Of a stretch of DNA of 32,000 nt, positions 26,797 through 32,000 are shown piece after piece; the stretch's first letter is position 1, and each line of letters begins with the position of its first letter. The position numbers and the translations under genes were made by a program. The notes under the pieces are model-generated. The model was given only the letters and a program-made list of their open reading frames with translations. It made no database searches and had not been told where the DNA came from. Location: assembly GCA_016933055.1 (NCBI GenBank), contig JAFGBS010000028.1, positions 300,001 to 332,000 on the forward strand, in the 5' to 3' direction. The DNA comes from Promethearchaeota archaeon (GTDB taxonomy: Archaea > Asgardarchaeota > Lokiarchaeia > Sigyniarchaeales > Promethearchaeaceae).

Positions 26797-27010
26797 TTAG
26801 ATAATTCCGCGTGGAATGGTTCTCCATAACTTCCCCATAACTTCATCGTGTGGAATGGTTTCTACAGAAGAAATTTGTTGTTCGGCTTTCTGCAATTTCT
26901 GAATTACAAATAAATTTATTGAATATCATCGACAGTACATCATTAAGAAGATTTTCGATTAAATCGATGGCAATTTTTTTGATATTCGCTTGATCATTGA
27001 TTTCTTTCAT
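26797..27010 (-). pseudogene. Twice-frameshifted small antitoxin-like gene (type II addiction-module type)
   Basis: Three consecutive frames join into MKEINDQANIKKIAIDLIENLLND / xTVDDIQ / xxLFVIQKLQKAEQQISSVETIPHDEVMGKLWR... with 1-nt deletions near 26938 and 26914-26918. The 214-nt span equals 72 codons minus 2. Confidence 0.6.
26811..26860. repeat. Nested short direct repeats
   Basis: GTGGAATGGTT at 26811 and 26850 (39-nt period), enclosing CCATAACTTC at 26824 and 26835. Confidence 0.7.
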
Positions 27011-27295
27011 ATGTTTATAATGAAAATCCCCATATTAACTACTATCTTATTTACACTACAATTTATTGCCAGCAGAATATCCTAAATTGTATTAAACTTC
27101 TGATTATTGCAGTAATCATCCTGATTATTATATATATGACAGATTTGGGTTATACTGTTTATGAATTTATATATTACGCTTCCTACTACAGCTCACAAAT
27201 CGAATTCACTATATGCACATGGGTTTGTTAATATTACTAATATCTTATATTTGGGGTAGGAAATACATTAGAATAAAAAAAAAAAGGGTGTTATT

Positions 27296-27664
27296 ATGAA
27301 GAAGACCTATTATGTTGCGGGATTTTGTGGAACAATTTGTGACGATTGTGATTTCTTTACTGGAAATGAAGAACCACAATGCCCTGGTTGTGTGGCGTGT
27401 GCCGGCAGACCATTTTGGGGTGAATGTAGGACCGCTAATTGTGCATTAAATAAAAAAGTGGAGCATTGTGGATTGTGTTCGGACTTTCCTTGTGAAATAC
27501 TACCAAATCAATTCGATCCCAATAAACCCCGAGGAAAAGAAGAAGCAATCTTCCGAATTGGACAGCTCGCAATTCGTGCAAAAATTGGTACTAATTGTTG
27601 GTTAAAAAAACGTGTCGATGGAAGCATTGTTGGATTTGAGGCTGATGAAAGAGAAAAACCTTAG
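27296..27664 (+). CDS. DUF3795 cysteine-rich protein
   Basis: CGTICDDC, CPGC, C-RTANC, HCGLCSDFPC. Confidence 0.85.
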   Translation: MKKTYYVAGFCGTICDDCDFFTGNEEPQCPGCVACAGRPFWGECRTANCALNKKVEHCGLCSDFPCEILPNQFDPNKPRGKEEAIFRIGQLAIRAKIGTNCWLKKRVDGSIVGFEADEREKP

Positions 27665-27717
27665 AAATACCATTATTTTTACAACATTAAATAATTTGTT
27701 TTACTTATTGAGAGATT

Positions 27718-28092
27718 ATGAACAAACCAAAATTAGGAAATTTTGAATTGTGTTTTGATGTAGAAAATTTGGAAGAATCAGTAGCTTTCTATAAAAAATT
27801 GGGATTTCAAATTATAAAAGGAGCAATTGAGTATGGAACCGTATGCATGTCTAATGGAGATATAAGATTCACCATGTTTATTGAAAATGCCATTCAAGAG
27901 CAATTTGGCACAAAATTCCTTTTAAATTTTCGAGGGGGTGATGTACAGAAAAATTACGAATACTTAACCAAGGAAGGAATAAAATTTGAGCAATCTCCCA
28001 AAATATATGAAGATGGAGTTTCTATTGATGCAAAACTTCGAGATCCAAATGGAAACTTAATATATCTCGATACACATCCATCAGAAAGGTAA
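27718..28092 (+). CDS. VOC / glyoxalase-family protein
   Basis: VENLEESVAFYKKLGF and LRDPNGNLI. Confidence 0.88.
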   Translation: MNKPKLGNFELCFDVENLEESVAFYKKLGFQIIKGAIEYGTVCMSNGDIRFTMFIENAIQEQFGTKFLLNFRGGDVQKNYEYLTKEGIKFEQSPKIYEDGVSIDAKLRDPNGNLIYLDTHPSER

Positions 28093-28099
28093 CATAATA

Positions 28100-28750
28100 A
28101 TGAAAAAAGCAATTGTTTTATATTCAGGTGGTCTTGATTCTGTTACATCTTTATATTGGGTAAAAAATCAAGGATACTCTCCTATCGCACTTTCATTCAT
28201 GGAACATGGACGACAAAAATCGGAAATTAAAGCTGCACGTAAACTCATGGAAAGATGGGATATTCCCTATATTGAAATTCCACTAGAATTTATTATGCAG
28301 AAAGATGAGTTACAGAAAATAGGAATTAACCTTTCGGGTGCAACTGATTTACCTACAGTATATATCCCTCAAAAAAATCTCATATTTTATTCAATAGCCG
28401 CCTATTATGCTGAGATATATAAGGCAGAAGCAATCATTGTCGGACTACTTTCTTTCGATTTCAATATATTTCCCGATAATTCATTAGAGTTCTTCGAGAG
28501 GTTAGAGAATATAATTAATATTGGTTTATCAAATTCATCTAAAACCATAAAAATTATATTTCCCTTAAAAACAATGGGCAAATCTGAGGTTATTCAACTC
28601 GCTTTTGATTTAGGAGTCCCAATGGAACTTACGTGGAGTTGTTATGAAGAGGAAGATGATAATGGCAATCCTTGTGGAAAATGTAAAGGATGTTTAGAAC
28701 GCAGACAAGGATTTAAGAAATTGAATGCGAATGATCCCCTTTTAAAGTAA
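28100..28750 (+). CDS. queC: 7-cyano-7-deazaguanine synthase
   Basis: SGGLDS PP-loop, YIPQKNLIF, PL..MGKSEV, TWSCY and PCGKCKGC zinc site. Confidence 0.88.
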   Translation: MKKAIVLYSGGLDSVTSLYWVKNQGYSPIALSFMEHGRQKSEIKAARKLMERWDIPYIEIPLEFIMQKDELQKIGINLSGATDLPTVYIPQKNLIFYSIAAYYAEIYKAEAIIVGLLSFDFNIFPDNSLEFFERLENIINIGLSNSSKTIKIIFPLKTMGKSEVIQLAFDLGVPMELTWSCYEEEDDNGNPCGKCKGCLERRQGFKKLNANDPLLK

Positions 28751-28878
28751 TATTAAAACCTCGGGAGAATGTCAGAACCCATATTTGTCGTAGAGATTAT
28801 GCGAGATTCTCCAAAATAGCATTTGATGCATAAATCCTCTTCTACTAAAGTTAGACTCTCAAGATTCTACATGAATGC

Positions 28879-28892
28879 CGAAAGATTTATAA
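28879..28892 (+). promoter_or_regulatory. Archaeal BRE/TATA promoter
   Basis: CGAAAG followed by ATTTATAA, about 70 nt upstream of ATG 28961. Confidence 0.5.
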
Positions 28893-28960
28893 GATAAATG
28901 TTACTTTTATTGTTTTAATAAAAAAACAACTATAAAGGAAAAATAAAGTTTATCGGCTAG

Positions 28961-30052
28961 ATGAAAAAATCTGATTTTATGGTTGCGTTTTGCTATAATG
29001 TGCAACCAGAGGGGTATGATCCAGAATTCGACGGGGAAAAATATGCAGAGTTTGATTCGAGGGAGACTGTCGAAACAATTTATAATAGCTTATTAGATCT
29101 AGGATATGTTGTTACACCTATTGAATTTCGCAATGGTTTTATTGAACAATTAAGGCAATTAAAACCGGATCTAGTTTTTAATATCGTCGAAGGAATTCAG
29201 GGAGCGGATCGTGAAGCGCAAGCACCAGCTATTTATGAATATTTAGGATTACGATATACGGGATCTCGACCTATGGGTCACGCTTTGGCTCTTGATAAGG
29301 TTATGGCAAAACGTGTAATGGAACACTATGGTGTTAGAACAGCTCCATTTTGCGTATTTGATGAGCCTATAACATCGTTCAACCAATCTCACATGAAATT
29401 TCCGATGATCATAAAACCCTCTTGTGAGGGATCCAGCGTTGGGATTGACAATAATGCGAAAGTAGATGATATAAAAGCACTTATATTTCGTGTGAACTAT
29501 GTTATTGAAACCTATAAACAACCCGCTTTAGTAGAACAGTTCATCGAGGGAAGAGAATTCAATCAAGCGATAATTGGAAATAAAAATCCAATTTTATTTC
29601 CGATAGTTGAGATAGATTATTCCTATCTACCCAAGGGTGTTAATAAATTCAGTTCTTATGAGGTGAAAACATCCTTAGATGATCCTGAAAGCACTATATG
29701 TCCCGCAAATATCACAGAAGAAGAAGCTCAACGTATTGGACAGGCCACCCTCGGAGCATATCGAGCATTGGGGATATTAGATTATGCACGGATGGATCTA
29801 CGCATGGATAATGAAGGTAATATATACATTCTCGAAGTGAACTCTATTCCTGGAATCGCTCCCGGTGAGGAAGAAAATAATAGCATGCCTAAAGCAGTTC
29901 GAGAATATGGCTGGACTTACACTCAAATGATAGGCGCAATTGTTGATACCGCTTTGGAGCGTTATGGTATCGTATTTGAAGAAGAAGAAGAAACTACTAT
30001 TTCTCAAATGGTCGATACTCGACATATTCCTCCTACTTTAAATGGGAGGTAA
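28961..30052 (+). CDS. D-Ala-D-Ala ligase-like ATP-grasp enzyme (non-canonical Ddl homologue)
   Basis: DLVFNIVEG, YTGS, DKVMAK, KPSCEGSSVGI, EQFIEGRE, ARMDLR and LEVNSIPG. Confidence 0.85.
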   Translation: MKKSDFMVAFCYNVQPEGYDPEFDGEKYAEFDSRETVETIYNSLLDLGYVVTPIEFRNGFIEQLRQLKPDLVFNIVEGIQGADREAQAPAIYEYLGLRYTGSRPMGHALALDKVMAKRVMEHYGVRTAPFCVFDEPITSFNQSHMKFPMIIKPSCEGSSVGIDNNAKVDDIKALIFRVNYVIETYKQPALVEQFIEGREFNQAIIGNKNPILFPIVEIDYSYLPKGVNKFSSYEVKTSLDDPESTICPANITEEEAQRIGQATLGAYRALGILDYARMDLRMDNEGNIYILEVNSIPGIAPGEEENNSMPKAVREYGWTYTQMIGAIVDTALERYGIVFEEEEETTISQMVDTRHIPPTLNGR

Positions 30053-30065
30053 TTTTTTCTTTTTC

Positions 30066-30266
30066 CTAAATATGTATATAACCGGGAATGAATAAGATGC
30101 CTCCAAAGATGTAAAAAGTATTGTAATCCGTTCTGTGAATGATAAAATGGTTAAATGAGCTATTTTCTAATCCGATGGAGTAAATGTGCTGTGTAAAGTG
30201 AAGAATATATAGCATTGTACTTATAGATATACCTATAGTAAGAAACCCCAATAGGTTCATATGCAT
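30066..30266 (-). CDS. Possible small membrane protein
   Basis: 66-aa ORF with two hydrophobic stretches that fills an otherwise empty gap; no recognisable motif. Confidence 0.3.
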   Translation of the reverse strand: MHMNLLGFLTIGISISTMLYILHFTQHIYSIGLENSSFNHFIIHRTDYNTFYIFGGILFIPGYIHI

Positions 30267-30346
30267 TCACTATGTTAACTAATTGAAGTAATTGAGGTTG
30301 AAAGGTCTACCAATTTTTCCAAGATTTTATAGATTGAACATAAATT

Positions 30347-31345
30347 GTGGTTTTGTTGAACGTTAATATAACAGAATATACAACAGCTGATCTTAATGGA
30401 GTTATTGAGTTAAATCGTTCAATCATCTCTCGTTGGTATCACTATTTCTTAAAAAATGGAAAAATAGAACGTGGTGTTCATTCAGAGATTGAGCAATTAT
30501 CAGATTTCGAACTTTGGTACCATGGAGGTCCATGGAACACTCCTAAAATGTTTCATTTGTATACTAAACTAGTACAAAAATGTAATGGTAAAATTTTCCT
30601 TGCATGGGATGAAAGACATCAATTAATAGGAGAAGTTGATTGTTGCTTGGCTAACAATTATGATAAGAGCGGTTACATTCTCTGGATTCTTACTCATCCT
30701 AACTACCGTAGGCGAGGAATAGGAAGTCAACTTATCCAAAAAGTAAAATCATTTTTTTATAACCAAGAAATTTCTCAAGTGGTAGTTATTCCACAAGATA
30801 CAGCTTCTAGAGAGTTCTATCAATTTTGCGGATTTATTCCTTATAAAAATCGAATGGAGATAGATTTAATATTAAAAGATGTATCTTCTTGGTCAAAAGT
30901 CCGAAAAAAATATAGAATTACTCCCGTAACCACATCAAACTTAAATGAAATAGGATATGTTGATTTCTATTCATTGATAGGATCCACGGAGTCCAATAAC
31001 TACATACAACAAACAGCGTTACATCGTGCAGAAATTTTAGAAGTTTTGGGAAAAATTGCGGATCTATCAGGTTTTTTACCCTTATTATGGAAATATGAAA
31101 GGAATGGGAATATTGCAATAATTGGAAATGTATATCAAATGCGAGTTTGGGTTAACACAAGCTCACTCATAGACGCGGACTTTCTAAATTCTATTTTAGA
31201 AATTATTCAGAGTCTGCATTCAAATTCGAATCTATCAAATCCATTAGGATGTTCTATTTTAGAAGATCAACTACTATTTTTTAATGAAGATGATTTTATT
31301 ATCAAAAAAATAGAAACTGTATTGAAACTGAGTTCAATGCAGTGA
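30347..31345 (+). CDS. GNAT-family N-acetyltransferase
   Basis: ILTHPNYRRRGIGSQLI acetyl-CoA motif A and FYQFCGF motif B; GTG start. Confidence 0.8.
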   Translation: MVLLNVNITEYTTADLNGVIELNRSIISRWYHYFLKNGKIERGVHSEIEQLSDFELWYHGGPWNTPKMFHLYTKLVQKCNGKIFLAWDERHQLIGEVDCCLANNYDKSGYILWILTHPNYRRRGIGSQLIQKVKSFFYNQEISQVVVIPQDTASREFYQFCGFIPYKNRMEIDLILKDVSSWSKVRKKYRITPVTTSNLNEIGYVDFYSLIGSTESNNYIQQTALHRAEILEVLGKIADLSGFLPLLWKYERNGNIAIIGNVYQMRVWVNTSSLIDADFLNSILEIIQSLHSNSNLSNPLGCSILEDQLLFFNEDDFIIKKIETVLKLSSMQ

Positions 31346-31544
31346 AATAGATAGCTAGTGAATTCAATACAATAGTTTTGGATTTGCTTTTTTCTTTGAC
31401 AAATTTTTAAACCCAAAATTTCCTGGATAGGATTTTTGTTCCTCGAAATTTCAATCACAATAGTAATCATACTTAATTTGTAACTTGTAAATCAAATTAA
31501 AGGAAAGAAAATCTTAAAGGTTTTAAAATTCAACTTCTTTTTAA

Positions 31545-32000
31545 ATGGCTGGAATTCCAGATTTTATACAGATTGGATTGTATGTAATACTAGCAGTGTT
31601 TCTTTCTGGAATCACACTTTACACTATTCAGCGACGTAATGATCCTAAAGCATTGATTTTTTCTTTTGGGCTCCTTTTTCAAATTATATGGATTTTAGCT
31701 TTTATATTTGAGATATTAGCACCAACAACCGAAATTAAATTATTCTTTGATACAATAATCATATTCTCCTCTTATTTTGTTGGAACCTCTTATTTCTTAT
31801 TTGCACTAGAGTATAATGGATTTAGTTTCAAGAAGCATTACAAGTTCTTTTATTTTGTCTTAATATATTCCGCTTTATTGGTATTACCAGTTCTAATTTT
31901 TCCAAATCAAGAGTGGATGCGCACAAATATTCGCTCAAACGGAGTGTTTTCGATTATTCGATACGGAAATGGAATTTATTTGAACATCCTTATTATAGAG
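31545..32000 (+). CDS. Membrane protein with a HisKA_7TM-like N-terminal sensor region; 3'-truncated by the window edge
   Basis: ATG 31545 is open to the window end (152 codons): MAGIPDFIQIGLYVILAVFLSGITLYTIQRRNDPKALIFSFGLLFQIIWILAFIFEILAP..., with 4-5 TM segments so far. Not in the supplied ORF track. Confidence 0.65.
   Translation, partial: MAGIPDFIQIGLYVILAVFLSGITLYTIQRRNDPKALIFSFGLLFQIIWILAFIFEILAPTTEIKLFFDTIIIFSSYFVGTSYFLFALEYNGFSFKKHYKFFYFVLIYSALLVLPVLIFPNQEWMRTNIRSNGVFSIIRYGNGIYLNILIIE

Noticed and set aside
26811-26860. CRISPR-like repeat-spacer pattern
   Set aside because: Only two 11-nt copies, lying inside a pseudogene; no array or cas genes.
27020-27230. Hydrophobic plus-strand fragments (MKIPILTTILF...; CIKLLIIAVIILIII...)
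   Set aside because: Different frames, no recognisable family, and hydrophobic translations are expected from AT-rich DNA.
28760-28870. GGAGAAT/ATTCTCC inverted repeat and a start-less minus frame with LCIKC
   Set aside because: A single 7-bp stem and under 40 codons without a start.
276-31118. The many 60-103-aa ORFs nested in or antisense to the long genes
   Set aside because: Shadow ORFs fully overlapping well-supported genes, with no motifs.
31267-31470. 67-aa minus ORF and an imperfect repeat of about 30 nt (GAGTTCAATGCAGTG / GAATTCAATACAATAG)
   Set aside because: Overlaps the GNAT 3' end, has no motif, and the repeat is weak.

Overview
AT-rich, gene-dense archaeal window, most consistent with an Asgard archaeon (Lokiarchaeia/Promethearchaeota-like). 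This is an inference from an IPGF-TM-KKK C-terminal sorting signal on a heavily N-glycosylatable protein, TATA boxes about 25-30 nt upstream of several start codons, oligo-T terminators, DUF123, queC and an HdrD-like protein. Contents in order: the 3' end of a DUF853 ATPase; an FAD oxidoreductase plus HdrD/GlcF-like Fe-S pair; a tightly spaced operon of an unknown multi-pass membrane protein, an acyl-CoA synthetase and a FabH/KAS III-like enzyme, with a convergent alpha/beta hydrolase; surface and zinc-ribbon membrane proteins; a DUF123 GIY-YIG nuclease; a membrane-anchored clan GH-D-like glycosidase; a CoA-transferase-GNAT fusion; an HD hydrolase; a cluster of GPH-MFS transporter, two paralogous sulfatases, a fucose-isomerase-like protein and an M42 peptidase; a twice-frameshifted antitoxin-like pseudogene missed by the ORF track; DUF3795, VOC, QueC, a Ddl-like ATP-grasp ligase, a GNAT, and the start of a 7TM sensor protein. 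The least explained signals are two non-coding islands with dense base-pairing potential: about 430 nt at 11334-11772 and about 120 nt at 510-627. I found no rRNA, tRNA, CRISPR array or intact transposase. All family calls come from motifs recognised by eye, and all RNA helices were paired by hand; no searches or folding programs were run.
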